In this document: positions 1-9,403 of the stretch, one piece after another | Layout of the letters: each line of letters begins with the position of its first letter | How positions within the stretch are numbered: the stretch's first letter is position 1 | Origin: Candidatus Micrarchaeota archaeon | GTDB taxonomy: Archaea; Micrarchaeota; Micrarchaeia; Anstonellales; Bilamarchaeaceae | DNA length: 41,684 nt | NCBI GenBank assembly: GCA_016935455.1 | Contig: JAFGQX010000061.1 | Coordinates: 1 to 41,684, forward strand | Reading direction: 5' to 3' | The notes under the pieces: model-generated | Database searches by the model: none | What the model was told of the DNA's origin: nothing | The model's input: only the letters and a program-made list of their open reading frames with translations | Made by a program: the position numbers and the translations under genes

Positions 1-186
1 AAGGATGTGACTAAACAAATGAATTCAAAAAAATATAAGGGTCAAAAGACAGACCTTGAAGAGGTTATCAAAACAGGTTATCAATACTTGTCAAGTCTGG
101 AGTCCTTAAAAGAAAAAGATGCCAAAACAAAAAAATTAGTTGAAAACATAATAAAAAAATCAAAAGCTGTTGCAGCAGGACTTTAA
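1..186 (+). CDS. C-terminal fragment of an unidentified Lys-rich protein (5' end outside the window)
   Basis: Frame 1 is open from the window edge to TAA at 184-186 (...[23 protein letters not shown]). No domain recognised. Its stop shares the TTAA at 183-186 with the convergent gene. Confidence 0.3.
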   Translation, partial: KDVTKQMNSKKYKGQKTDLEEVIKTGYQYLSSLESLKEKDAKTKKLVENIIKKSKAVAAGL

Positions 187-1223
187 CTTTTTAATTTTCC
201 CCTGTATTTTGCATAGGTTGCATAGCTGATGTATTTCTTTTCATCAACAAATTCCTTCACTAATTTTGCCTTGTTCCTTCTCTCTTCAATTAAATCAGTT
301 ACAGTAAGGATAAATGAATCGCTCCCCGCCCCAGAACCAAATGAAGTTGCAAGAATCCTCTCTCCAGGTTTTGCAACGTCCAAAACAGAACAAAGCCCAA
401 TCATCACCGCACCCGAGTAAGTATTCCCAATCACGGGGGTCAGAAGTCCATCCTTTAATTTTTCAGGGGGAATCCCAAACTGCTTTGCCATCGCAAGGGG
501 AAACTTTGCATTCGGCTGGTGGAATATAACATAATCAAAATCTTCAAATTTTTCACCTGTTTTCTTAAGCATCAGTTCAGTTGCGCCCCGGATATGCTTG
601 AAATAAGCCGGCTTTCCCGTAAATCTTCCTCCATGTGAAGGATAATCAGCCTTGCTCCTTCTCCAGAAATCCGGTGTATCCGTAGTAAATGAACAGGTGT
701 CATTAATCACAGCAACAGATTCTTTATCCGGCCCAATTAAGTGAGCACCGGCACCAGAACCCGCAGAATATTCAAGCGCATCTCCGGGTCTTCCCTGTGC
801 AGTGTCAGAACCCACAGAAAGTCCGTATTTAATCATTCCTGAATCCACAAGACCCATACACATCTGTATGCCTGCAGTTCCCGCCTTGCATGCAAATTCC
901 AAATCAGCAGCGGTCAAATTAGGCGTAGCCTCAATTGCTTCTGCAACGATAGTTGCAGTAGGCTTAACAGCATAAGGATGGCTTTCGCTTCCCACATAAA
1001 CTGCACCAATTTTTTGTGAATCAATTCCGCTTCTCCATATCGCCTGTTTTGAAGCCTGTACAGCAAGAGTCGCCGAGTCCTCATCAGGTCCCGCAACCGC
1101 CTTTTCCATTATGCCAAGGCCTTTCTCCACCCTCTTAGGTTCCTCTCCCCAAACCTCGGCAATTTCCCTTGTTTTAATTCTGTAGTAAGGAACGTAAGCA
1201 CCATATCCGACTATTCCAGCCAT
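183..1223 (-). CDS. Hydroxymethylglutaryl-CoA synthase, archaeal type (mevalonate pathway)
   Basis: 346 aa thiolase-fold condensing enzyme. N-terminus [16 protein letters not shown], catalytic Cys region [16 protein letters not shown] His region, GNTYSGA Asn region. Confidence 0.88.
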   Translation of the reverse strand: MAGIVGYGAYVPYYRIKTREIAEVWGEEPKRVEKGLGIMEKAVAGPDEDSATLAVQASKQAIWRSGIDSQKIGAVYVGSESHPYAVKPTATIVAEAIEATPNLTAADLEFACKAGTAGIQMCMGLVDSGMIKYGLSVGSDTAQGRPGDALEYSAGSGAGAHLIGPDKESVAVINDTCSFTTDTPDFWRRSKADYPSHGGRFTGKPAYFKHIRGATELMLKKTGEKFEDFDYVIFHQPNAKFPLAMAKQFGIPPEKLKDGLLTPVIGNTYSGAVMIGLCSVLDVAKPGERILATSFGSGAGSDSFILTVTDLIEERRNKAKLVKEFVDEKKYISYATYAKYRGKLKS

Positions 1224-1234
1224 AAGTTATCATC

Positions 1235-1951
1235 TCACTCCTGAACTTTTTCTTTTCTGAAGATTTTCATAATAAGCGCTATGATTATAACAGCGATTAT
1301 TCCGACGAAAACATAGACCCAAAACATATTTAACTCTTTGGAGACCACCATTATTCCGCCAGGTTCTTCCGCAATCTGGGCAAGATTAAATTCAGCTTTT
1401 TTCCCGTCAACTTCGGCATTAATACTCCCTGCCTTTGCGTAAATAATATCCGAAGGCATCTCAATTACAAGAACTGTTTTCCCGTTTCCGCTTTCAACAG
1501 TTTTCAAATAGTCATAGTTTTCCTTGCTCATACCTTCAAGATGGATATATTCCTCCTTCAGCATCGTATCTCCGGAAACAAGGTAAAGAGGAAGCCTGTC
1601 CACTTCAAGGGTATAGGTAATATACGGCACCCCTTCCTTCTTTTCAAACAAAAACCCGTCTTCAAAACTCTGGATTACCGTCATCTTTTGAAGGGAAACC
1701 ATGCACTTTGTACCGGGGTATTCATCTTCAATTTTGGAGCACCGTTCATTAAGCTGGGCAGTAACATTCTCCCTGAATTTGCTTCTGCTCATTCCGCTTT
1801 CTTTGTAAAGCTGGTTTGTGAGCTGCGTAACATCAAGAGTCATCCTAAGCTCGGCATCTCCCGTCCTGTCAACACTTAAATTGTATCTGTGGTCAACACA
1901 TCCGCTTAAAAGAAGCGCAATAACAACAAGCAAAGTAAAATATCTTCTCAT
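1235..1951 (-). CDS. Envelope protein with lipobox-like signal peptide and C-terminal TM anchor; paralog of 28310..28996
   Basis: N-terminus MRRYFTLLVVIALLLSGC. C-terminal TM FWVYVFVGIIAVIIIALIM followed by a basic tail. Shares C-x7-P-x2-KC and MP..II.A.G.I...DG..A.F motifs with the 228-aa ORF at 28310. Confidence 0.6.
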   Translation of the reverse strand: MRRYFTLLVVIALLLSGCVDHRYNLSVDRTGDAELRMTLDVTQLTNQLYKESGMSRSKFRENVTAQLNERCSKIEDEYPGTKCMVSLQKMTVIQSFEDGFLFEKKEGVPYITYTLEVDRLPLYLVSGDTMLKEEYIHLEGMSKENYDYLKTVESGNGKTVLVIEMPSDIIYAKAGSINAEVDGKKAEFNLAQIAEEPGGIMVVSKELNMFWVYVFVGIIAVIIIALIMKIFRKEKVQE

Positions 1952-2002
1952 CAGTTAGATTTTTGCAGATACATTTATAATATTTATTTCTTTATTAATC
2001 AC

Positions 2003-3349
2003 ATGCGACAGTCTTCCCAAAAGGCAATCAGTAGAGCTAGTATTACTTCTGAAGCCCTACCCTCAGTTGAAAAATTTTTGGAAGACTCCCAGTTTTTATT
2101 GAAACCCGAAATGAGAATCCACACAGAAATCCTTTCAGATGCAGAATACAGGGGGCTCGTAACATTCTCGCTGGGAAAAGAATTTGGAGAGAGAACAAAA
2201 CTCACAGAAAAAGACATTGAAAGATTCACAATGGTTTACGATGTGGACCCGCTTACCGCCAAAATAAAAATGTTCAATGGCATAATCCCTCTTAGAAAAA
2301 AAGGTTATCCTTGGGAAAGCAGGCAGTCCCAGATAGTAAGAAAAAATTACAAGAAAAAAGCAGAAAAATTAATCAGCCGCCTGGAAACATGCGACCTGAG
2401 CACAATTTCAGATTCAGAAATAATAGAGCTCACAAATATCCCGTACAAAACCCTGGATTACCTTGAATTTTCATCTGCGGCTGCGCTTGTTGACCGCAAG
2501 CCAAGAAAAAGAAAGGGGCATAATTCGGGAGATTCAGTTTTCTTCAAGGAGTTTTATGTGGGCGGAGAAAAGGCAGTCGTATTCGCTGTTTTTGACGGCA
2601 TAAGCACGAATTCCAATACGGATGATATTTCCTCTTCTGTCGCACTCACACTGTTCAAAAATATATTCCTAAAGTCAATGCCTTTCCGCTCAAAAGAAGA
2701 AGTGTTCAAAGCATTCAATATTTTCATATCCGCTGCCGACAGATACCTTTCCAAGCATCTAGCGATGGGGGATGGAGTAAGTGTTGCTGCCGGCCTTGTC
2801 CAAAACGGTGAACTATATTATCTGAGTCTGGGGGACTGCAGAATTTACGGTGTTTCGCTTAACGGTGAAGGTTCAAAAGTAAAAAAAATAACGATGGATG
2901 ACGGGATGGGCGGCCTTGTAGAAAGGGGCGCAGTTGTTGACTTCAAGGAATTCTACAGGCAGCTGAAATCTCCGGAGATTTATGCGGGTGCATTTTCACA
3001 GAAGGTTTTTGGAAAAAAGGGAAGCAAGGTTCTCCATTCAGATATAACTCTTAAAAGCCCTAACATAGGCAACATAAAACCAGGGTGCGACCTGCTTATT
3101 GTGGCAACGGACGGATTTTGGTCTAATCTTCCGATGAATCTAAAAGGGGGAAAAATCTCAGATGCTTCGGGTTCTTTACATATTGAAAAACTGCTCTCCG
3201 GTTCCGACACCAAAAATGTAAAATCAATAGTTGAATCCCTTTACAAAAATGCCAAATCAAATATGGGTTTGAAAACCCAAAAGATTAAAGGAAACTCAGT
3301 TATAAGCCCTAACAGGCAGGACATCGGCATTCTTTGTTTTGCTGTCTAA
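2003..3349 (+). CDS. PP2C-family protein phosphatase domain protein with a ~190-aa uncharacterised N-terminal region
   Basis: C-terminal half carries PP2C-like motifs in the expected order: VVFAVFDGIS, VAAGLV...LSLGDCRIYG, ITMDDG, LIVATDGFWSNL, RQDIGILCF. TATA-like TTTATAAT lies ~25 nt upstream of the ATG. Confidence 0.65.
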   Translation: MRQSSQKAISRASITSEALPSVEKFLEDSQFLLKPEMRIHTEILSDAEYRGLVTFSLGKEFGERTKLTEKDIERFTMVYDVDPLTAKIKMFNGIIPLRKKGYPWESRQSQIVRKNYKKKAEKLISRLETCDLSTISDSEIIELTNIPYKTLDYLEFSSAAALVDRKPRKRKGHNSGDSVFFKEFYVGGEKAVVFAVFDGISTNSNTDDISSSVALTLFKNIFLKSMPFRSKEEVFKAFNIFISAADRYLSKHLAMGDGVSVAAGLVQNGELYYLSLGDCRIYGVSLNGEGSKVKKITMDDGMGGLVERGAVVDFKEFYRQLKSPEIYAGAFSQKVFGKKGSKVLHSDITLKSPNIGNIKPGCDLLIVATDGFWSNLPMNLKGGKISDASGSLHIEKLLSGSDTKNVKSIVESLYKNAKSNMGLKTQKIKGNSVISPNRQDIGILCFAV

Positions 3350-3684
3350 AACAGCGGTTTATGCGGTTCCGCCGAAAGATTATGCTTCAGCCTGTATCTT
3401 TCTATAATTTTATTCGCTCTTCTTTCCTTTTCTCCCATCTTAAGTGTTTTTGAGATATATATCCCGAAATCAGAAAGATTCTTTGAGCCGTCGTCAAGAA
3501 GATAATGGAGTATGTCAACAATCTTTTTCTTCCCCGTAGTCTCGCTCCCCCATATGCTGAGCGCCAGAGCAACCTGATTTACAAAATGGACTTTTTCAGT
3601 TTCATTCATTTCCTTCCAGATGCCCATAATCTTCTTTTTTGTATCCAAATCTAATTCAGAGAATGAAACCATTTTTACACCCAT
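3346..3684 (-). CDS. Hypothetical protein
   Basis: 112-aa ORF co-directional with the DRG gene array. No recognisable motif. An alternative ATG at 3672 would remove the 10-nt overlap with the upstream gene. Confidence 0.45.
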   Translation of the reverse strand: MGVKMVSFSELDLDTKKKIMGIWKEMNETEKVHFVNQVALALSIWGSETTGKKKIVDILHYLLDDGSKNLSDFGIYISKTLKMGEKERRANKIIERYRLKHNLSAEPHKPLF

Positions 3685-3986
3685 CTATCAAGCTCTTTAG
3701 GCTTTCCGTTCTCAAGCAGGGATTTCAGCGTCATAGCATCCCCGACTGCCTTTTCAGAAAGAATCTCAGTTTCTTTTTTCCCCATAAACATAACGAATTC
3801 CTTTTCCCCTTTAACTGTTTTTTTCCATTTAAGAGCTTCCCTTATTCCGTGGTTTGTTTTGTCTGCTTTTTTGGAAACCCGCCCCGTCTTTTTCTTTAAA
3901 ACAGCTTCAGCCCGTTTTCTGACTTTTGGTTTCGGAACATTTTGAATTTTTTTCTTTTTTTGAGTAGTTTTTTCGCCCCGTGCCAT
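3675..3986 (-). CDS. Hypothetical highly basic protein (Lys/Arg-rich N-terminal half)
   Basis: 103-aa ORF. N-terminal 45 aa are about half K/R (MARGEKTTQKKKKIQNVPKPKVRKRAEAVLKKK...). No family recognised. Confidence 0.5.
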   Translation of the reverse strand: MARGEKTTQKKKKIQNVPKPKVRKRAEAVLKKKTGRVSKKADKTNHGIREALKWKKTVKGEKEFVMFMGKKETEILSEKAVGDAMTLKSLLENGKPKELDRWV

Positions 3987-4032
3987 ATTACCGCCGTTTA
4001 AATTAATCGCGGGATATTTTTAAGCATTTGTT

Positions 4033-4299
4033 TTAGTCAATTCTTATTTCAATACTCGGTTCAACTCTTCTCCATTCTCCGTTTAAAAACTGCCAGAGCT
4101 GCTTTGTGGTGGAATCATAAACAAGACTGCTTTTTGCAGCAACCTCCTTGGGCCGGTCTATTTCTACAAGAGGAAACCGCCATGTCCACTTGATTTTTTC
4201 CCTGAATGGATTCCTTTCCACAACGTAAACTCTTTGTTTTTCCTCCTTTTTTTTCTCGCACCAGTCCGTTATTTCTTCAATCTCTTTTTTTGTGACCAT
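4033..4299 (-). CDS. Hypothetical small protein immediately downstream of the DRG GTPase
   Basis: Start taken at ATG 4299 (MVTKKEIEEITDW...), 5 nt after the DRG stop at 4304-4306. The longer ORF-track start (4353) would overlap the DRG C-terminus by 50 nt. Confidence 0.5.
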   Translation of the reverse strand: MVTKKEIEEITDWCEKKKEEKQRVYVVERNPFREKIKWTWRFPLVEIDRPKEVAAKSSLVYDSTTKQLWQFLNGEWRRVEPSIEIRID

Positions 4300-4303
4300 T
4301 ATT

Positions 4304-5398
4304 TCACCTTGTAACAATCTGCACAATATCCCCGTCTGCAATTTTGTGGGCAAGCCCGACTCTCTGTGCCGGGTGCTTCACGCTTTTTCCCCACACAATT
4401 GCATATTTGAAGTTTTTTTTCAAATCCTTGTGGAGTTTAACACACACATCCTCCACAGTGTTGCCCGCCCTCATTATAAGCGCTTCCTCAAGGTCTACTT
4501 TTTCCCCTCTCCTCTTTGTAAATATCCTTATGAATTTAAGACCTCCATATATCTTTTCCCTAAGTCTCTCCAGGCCCAGTTCATTTTCCGCGGATATCGC
4601 AAGGTAATTTATTCCTTTATACATTTCCTCAAAATCAGGGGGTTTTTCATCAATTTTGTTTACAACTACGACTGAGGGAATGTATTTTCTGTTTCCTTCA
4701 AGCACATCTATGAACTCTTCTATCCCTATTTTTTCCCTCACCATCACATTTGCATTATAAATCCCATATTCATTAAGAGCTGCGATTATTTCATTTTTGG
4801 TTATGTTCTTCAGGTATGCAGAAGCTGCAGTAACAGTAACTCCTCCCTGTATGAGGGGCTTAACCACCACATCGGGAGGCATTTTATCCAGCCTTACTCC
4901 GAAATCATAAAGCTCCTTCATTATTGTCTGGTAATGCTCCGGATGCTTTGAATCAAGAAGAATGATTATAATGTCCGCCTTCATAGCCACGGAAATGATC
5001 TCCCTTCCCCTTCCCTTCCCCCTGGTTGCCCCTTTTATTATCCCCGGGAGGTCAAGCACTTGTATATATGCATCTTTGTATTTCATCATTCCGGGTATGC
5101 AGTTCAGCGTTGTAAACTCATAGGCGCCTATCTGCGATTCCGCATTTGTAATTTTGTTCAGAAGCGTTGATTTTCCCACACTGGGAAATCCTATCATAAC
5201 TGCTGTTGCGTCCCCGCTTTTCCTTATATCAAATCCCCCGCCGCCTCCACGTCCGGAAGGTGCGTAAAGCATCCTTTTTAATTTTGCAATTTTTGCCTTT
5301 AAAATTCCTATATGATACTCAGTAGCCTTGTTCTTCTGCGTTCTGTGAATCTCATCTTCTATTTCTTTTATTTTTTTGAGTACCTGGGCGGAGTCCAT
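4304..5398 (-). CDS. Developmentally regulated GTP-binding protein (DRG/Rbg1-type OBG-family GTPase with TGS domain)
   Basis: G1 GFPSVGKST, G3 DLPG, G4 NKID, Gly-rich SGRGGGGGFD segment, C-terminal TGS-like end (GLAHKIADGDIVQIV). Confidence 0.9.
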   Translation of the reverse strand: MDSAQVLKKIKEIEDEIHRTQKNKATEYHIGILKAKIAKLKRMLYAPSGRGGGGGFDIRKSGDATAVMIGFPSVGKSTLLNKITNAESQIGAYEFTTLNCIPGMMKYKDAYIQVLDLPGIIKGATRGKGRGREIISVAMKADIIIILLDSKHPEHYQTIMKELYDFGVRLDKMPPDVVVKPLIQGGVTVTAASAYLKNITKNEIIAALNEYGIYNANVMVREKIGIEEFIDVLEGNRKYIPSVVVVNKIDEKPPDFEEMYKGINYLAISAENELGLERLREKIYGGLKFIRIFTKRRGEKVDLEEALIMRAGNTVEDVCVKLHKDLKKNFKYAIVWGKSVKHPAQRVGLAHKIADGDIVQIVTR

Positions 5399-5449
5399 AA
5401 TTTATTTTGTATTTGGTTTTTTATTATTATTCCTATTTATTATCCACGG

Positions 5450-5989
5450 ATGGAAAAAGCCGAACTTAGAAAAATAATGAAAGAAAAGCTTCACACCCAG
5501 TCTATTGAAGACATCAAAAAAAAGAGCGGACTCATTGAAAAAAAGCTGTTTTCCCTGAATGAGTTTCTCTCAGCAAAAACAGTTGCACTTTACATCTCCA
5601 AATTTTACGAAGTGGATACATTTTTTATACTCAAGAATATTCCTAAGGAAAAAAAGACCGCCGTTCCTGTAATGTCCGGAGAAAGAATGAAATTCGCCGA
5701 ATTTACCGGGCTGACAAACCTGGCCAGAGGAAAATTCGGTGTTTTTGAACCTAAAAAAAGAAGATATACAGAAGACAAATTTGATTTGATTGTTATTCCC
5801 GGTATAGCCTATGATTTTAACAGGCACAGACTGGGGCACGGAAAAGGTTTTTATGACAGATTTTTAAAGAACCATGAAGAAAGTTTTAAAGTGGGCCTCG
5901 CATTTGACTTCCAGATAGTCAGGGAAATTCCCTGTGAACCCCATGATATCCATATGGACATGGTAATTACGGAGAAAAGAATAATATGA
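5450..5989 (+). CDS. 5-formyltetrahydrofolate cyclo-ligase
   Basis: Start at ATG 5450 (MEKAELRKIMKEKL). Typical LIVIPGIAYDFNRHRLGHGKGFYDRFL motif. The ORF-track N-terminal extension overlaps the divergent DRG gene. Confidence 0.85.
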   Translation: MEKAELRKIMKEKLHTQSIEDIKKKSGLIEKKLFSLNEFLSAKTVALYISKFYEVDTFFILKNIPKEKKTAVPVMSGERMKFAEFTGLTNLARGKFGVFEPKKRRYTEDKFDLIVIPGIAYDFNRHRLGHGKGFYDRFLKNHEESFKVGLAFDFQIVREIPCEPHDIHMDMVITEKRII

Positions 5990-7011
5990 TCCAGGAAATA
6001 CTTCTTGAACTGCTTTTGTTTGCTGTTCTGATAACCCTCTCAGCATTTTTTTCAGGCTCAGAAGTTGCACTGGTTTCAGTTGATAAAGTTGACCTGAGAA
6101 AACTTTCCAAGCAAAGGGTCAAAGGCATAAAAACTCTGAGAGAACTGAAGAGAAGGCCAAAAAGAATGCTTACAACAATACTCATAGGGAACAATTTTGT
6201 AAATATATTCGCTTCGGCAACGGCCACCGCAGTTGCAATCCAGTATTTCGGCTCGCTTGGGATAGGAATAGCAACGGGTGTGATGACATTCCTTGTCCTT
6301 GTTTTTGGAGAAATATTCCCAAAAACATACAGCTCTGCCAACCCGGTAAAAGTTTCACTTTTCTCGGCCCCGGTAATCCTTTTCCTTTCCAAGCTCTTCA
6401 GCCCAATTATCCTCCTATTCGAAATAATCCCAGATTTTCTTACCAAACACATTTTGAAATCCAAATCAGCAGTAAAAAAAGTAACTGAAGACGACATTGT
6501 TTCCGTAGCTGAAATAGGTGTGGAAGACAAGGCAATTGAGCCGAGAGAAAAAGAACTGATTGAAACAATCCTTGAATTCGGAGATGTGAGGGTGAGGGAT
6601 GTAATGGTTCCAAAAGAAAAAATGATTATGCTTAATGCAAAAAGCACTGTTTCACGCGCCCTGAAGCTCGTATACACGGAAGGCCATTCCAGATATCCTG
6701 TTTATGAAGGAAGAAAAAGCAACATTACCGGCATCGTCCATATAAAAGAAATGCTTAAGGCAATACATGAAAGGCAGAGGAGACTCCGCATTAATCACCT
6801 TATGATACAGACTATTTATGCCCCTGAAAATGCCAAGATTGATTCTCTTTTGAAGGAAATGCAGAAAAAGCATATCCATATGGCAATGGTTGTAAATAAA
6901 AAAGGCAAAATCTCCGGTTTAATCACCCTGGAAGACATCATAGAGGAAATTTTGGGAGAAATCCATGATGAAGAAGACACACTCAGGGCACTTGGCCTAA
7001 CCAAGATATAA
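5986..7011 (+). CDS. CNNM/CorC-type divalent-cation transporter (DUF21 membrane domain + CBS pair)
   Basis: N-terminal DUF21 pattern (SAFFSGSEVALVS, TILIGNN) followed by a CBS-pair region (VRDVMVP ... GLITLEDIIEEILGEI). ATGA start/stop overlap with the upstream gene. Confidence 0.85.
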   Translation: MIQEILLELLLFAVLITLSAFFSGSEVALVSVDKVDLRKLSKQRVKGIKTLRELKRRPKRMLTTILIGNNFVNIFASATATAVAIQYFGSLGIGIATGVMTFLVLVFGEIFPKTYSSANPVKVSLFSAPVILFLSKLFSPIILLFEIIPDFLTKHILKSKSAVKKVTEDDIVSVAEIGVEDKAIEPREKELIETILEFGDVRVRDVMVPKEKMIMLNAKSTVSRALKLVYTEGHSRYPVYEGRKSNITGIVHIKEMLKAIHERQRRLRINHLMIQTIYAPENAKIDSLLKEMQKKHIHMAMVVNKKGKISGLITLEDIIEEILGEIHDEEDTLRALGLTKI

Positions 7012-7034
7012 TATTAAATTTTGCACGGATAAAT

Positions 7035-7655
7035 ATGAGTATGGCAATTTCAATTGCTGTCCTGGCAAGCGGCAGAGGTTCAAATTTTCAGTCAATAATA
7101 GACGGCGTAAATGAAGGGGACATTAAAGGAGAAATCAGAGTTTTAATCACCGACAATCCGGAGGCTCAGGCAATCAGCCGCGCGGAAAAAAACAAAATCC
7201 CTGTAGAGATTATCCGCAGAAAACAGTTCAAATCAAGGGAGAATATGGATTTGAAAATTAAGGAGATTCTTGATGTCCACGGTATTGACCTGGTAGTTCT
7301 TGCGGGGTATATGAAAATAATAAATTCAAAAGAGCTTCTTGATTCCTACAGATATAAGATAATAAACATTCACCCTTCCCTCCTCCCCGCATTTAAAGGC
7401 TCAACACATGCCCAAACTGATGCTTTTGAATATGGATGCAAAGTCTCAGGCCTGACGATACACTTTGTTACTGATGATATAGACGGCGGGCCGATTATAT
7501 ACCAAAAAGCTGCAGACATCTCAGAATGCAGTTCAGCGGATGAAGTTGCAGGCAAAATACTTTCTTATGAAAATGAAGCATACAGAAGAGTAGTAGGTAA
7601 TTTTTCAAAAGGAAAATATGTTGTTAATGGAAGAAAGGTCCGTTATACAGATTAA
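7035..7655 (+). CDS. purN: Phosphoribosylglycinamide formyltransferase
   Basis: VLASGRGSNFQ, INIHPSLLPAFKG and HFVTDDIDGGPII motifs. Confidence 0.9.
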   Translation: MSMAISIAVLASGRGSNFQSIIDGVNEGDIKGEIRVLITDNPEAQAISRAEKNKIPVEIIRRKQFKSRENMDLKIKEILDVHGIDLVVLAGYMKIINSKELLDSYRYKIINIHPSLLPAFKGSTHAQTDAFEYGCKVSGLTIHFVTDDIDGGPIIYQKAADISECSSADEVAGKILSYENEAYRRVVGNFSKGKYVVNGRKVRYTD

Positions 7656-8404
7656 TATTCTTCAATTTCCAGTCCGTACTTTTTGCAGAACTGGCCGATT
7701 TTATCTTTCTGCCATCTGTTGCATTCTTTATCCACCATAACCTTCTCAATCTTCTCAGTGTTTTTTTCAACGGCCTGTTTAAACATCTCTTCATCCAAAT
7801 CTTTTATTCGGTATTTTGGAAGAATATGGCCGACGCACCATTCGGTATCCTCAAGAATTCTGCATATTTTATCCTGATAATGCCCTCCGCCGACAGCAAA
7901 AAAGCAGGGGTATTCAACCTTTTTTTCCAGCACATCTCTGACTGCAAGAGCAACAACCTTCGCAGCTTTTTTATTTTTCCACTCCTTTTCGCTGCTTCCT
8001 ATCTCAGCAAATATAATCGGGACTTTTCCAGTGGGTCCGTGATGGTCAGCCTCAATTGTTATCTCCCATTCAAGCCCCTCTTTTTCCGCATATTTCTTCA
8101 TCCCTATAAAAATTTCCTTCATCAAACTCCCGTATGCAGAATTCAAAGTTCTGCTTTCCCCCCCGTAATCTGCGCTGCCCCAGTTTCCCGGATGATGAAC
8201 TGTAAGCATCGGGCGGGGTTTGACTGATTTATGCGAACTCAGTACAATTATACAGTCAGTTTTGTAATTCGTGGGCACATCAAGAACATCCCTTTCATTT
8301 CCTTCTCCAAAATCCTCAATCTCAATGCCCGGAGAAATCTTCAAAAGCTCCTCCGCTATATTCCTGCTTGCAGGATTATTCCGTGTAAATACTACTTTCG
8401 GCAA
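7652..8404 (-). CDS. dtdA: D-aminoacyl-tRNA deacylase, archaeal type
   Basis: Ordered motifs SSHKS, TVHHPGNWG, EADHHGPT, VGGGHY and GHILPKY, matching my recollection of the archaeal tRNA_deacylase family. Confidence 0.75.
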   Translation of the reverse strand: MPKVVFTRNNPASRNIAEELLKISPGIEIEDFGEGNERDVLDVPTNYKTDCIIVLSSHKSVKPRPMLTVHHPGNWGSADYGGESRTLNSAYGSLMKEIFIGMKKYAEKEGLEWEITIEADHHGPTGKVPIIFAEIGSSEKEWKNKKAAKVVALAVRDVLEKKVEYPCFFAVGGGHYQDKICRILEDTEWCVGHILPKYRIKDLDEEMFKQAVEKNTEKIEKVMVDKECNRWQKDKIGQFCKKYGLEIEEY

Positions 8405-8412
8405 TTTATCAC

Positions 8413-8964
8413 CTATAAAATCATCAGAAATATTGCACCAACAAAAGGAACCAGTGCATTGTCATCTATGTTTATATTGACTGTTTCTGCCAGCATACAA
8501 ACAAATGCAAGTGCAAATGCAACCGGACCTATAAAAAAGTATGCGGGAAGAGATGCCAGAAAGAATGCACAGCTTCCCTCAATTGTTTTTCCCTTATTAT
8601 GTGGCCATTTGATTTTCCCCTTCCTCCCAATCAGTGTTGAGAACGAGTCACCCATAGAAAGTATCCATACAAGTGCGGATATCTCTGCAACAGAATCTGA
8701 AAAGGAAAGGGAGATAAGAAGCCCCGTAAAAAACCATGCAGAACCGTATCCCGGAAACCTTGCCTTGTCTCTTTCCATTTTTTTAAGAAATCTGTCCAGA
8801 ACCGGAAATCTTACTTTTCTTATCTTCAGATTGATAACCAGACTCCCGATTAAAAGTATCCCTGCAGTTATCAGCGTTGTTTCGTATCTGCCCAGATAGT
8901 AAAGCAGAAACAGGAATATTATCCCCAATAAAGCATGAAAAATCTGCCTTGCTTTTTCATCCAT
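8413..8964 (-). CDS. Polyprenol (dolichol) kinase-like CTP-dependent membrane enzyme
   Basis: Multi-TM protein with GDSFSTLIGRKGKIKWPHNKGKTIEGS, the signature style of the dolichol kinase/CdsA superfamily. Start taken at ATG 8964, preceded by GGAGGAG; it overlaps the PAP2 stop by 8 nt. Confidence 0.6.
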   Translation of the reverse strand: MDEKARQIFHALLGIIFLFLLYYLGRYETTLITAGILLIGSLVINLKIRKVRFPVLDRFLKKMERDKARFPGYGSAWFFTGLLISLSFSDSVAEISALVWILSMGDSFSTLIGRKGKIKWPHNKGKTIEGSCAFFLASLPAYFFIGPVAFALAFVCMLAETVNINIDDNALVPFVGAIFLMIL

Positions 8965-9403
8965 TTTTTCTCCTCCAGTAAAAATCAACCAGTCCATAGC
9001 ATATCGGGCTCAGCGCAAGTGCGGCAGTAACATCATATACTGTATGAACTCCCAGATAAATTCTTGTCCACCCAACAAGAAGTGCAAATGCAAGCAGTAT
9101 GGGGTATTCTTTTCTGTCCATAAAAGCTATTGCAAGTGTAAATGCAGCTATGGAATGGACGCTTGGAAGAGAATGGCCGTAGGGACATTCTATAAGCCCG
9201 TTTATCTGTATGCACGGTCTTTCAACAGCTATGAGTTCCCTCATCACCCCTCCAAGAAGTATGGCGAGGAAGAGTGCAAGCATTATCTTTTTTCTTTTTG
9301 TCTCTTTTCTTTCAAACAGGAACATTATTGAGAGAATTATAAGTATGAATGCAAATTCATTGTTAATTATCAGTGAAACTGACTGGAGAATCCCGTTTAT
9401 CAT
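8957..9403 (-). CDS. PAP2-family (polyprenyl-diphosphate type) phosphatase
   Basis: Three PAP2 motifs in order: RELIAVERP, PSVHS, TRIYLGVHTVYDV. Small 148-aa polytopic protein. Confidence 0.75.
   Translation of the reverse strand: MINGILQSVSLIINNEFAFILIILSIMFLFERKETKRKKIMLALFLAILLGGVMRELIAVERPCIQINGLIECPYGHSLPSVHSIAAFTLAIAFMDRKEYPILLAFALLVGWTRIYLGVHTVYDVTAALALSPICYGLVDFYWRRKNG

Noticed and set aside
183-1223. Absence of the thiolase and DUF35 partner genes next to HMG-CoA synthase
   Set aside because: In many archaea these genes are adjacent, but separation is not unusual enough to report. The partners may lie just outside the window.
5312-5449. N-terminal extension of the 5-formyl-THF cyclo-ligase ORF
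   Set aside because: It overlaps the start of the divergent DRG gene and encodes a hydrophobic, low-complexity peptide. The family-typical N-terminus begins at ATG 5450.
5967-6677. 236-aa minus-strand ORF inside the CNNM transporter gene
   Set aside because: It lies entirely antisense to a well-supported gene. It has a low-complexity Ser/Ile/Phe-rich composition and no motifs, so it is a shadow ORF.
8231-8899. 222-aa plus-strand ORF across the dtdA/dolichol-kinase-like region
   Set aside because: It is antisense to two motif-supported genes and crosses their junction. It has no recognisable features.
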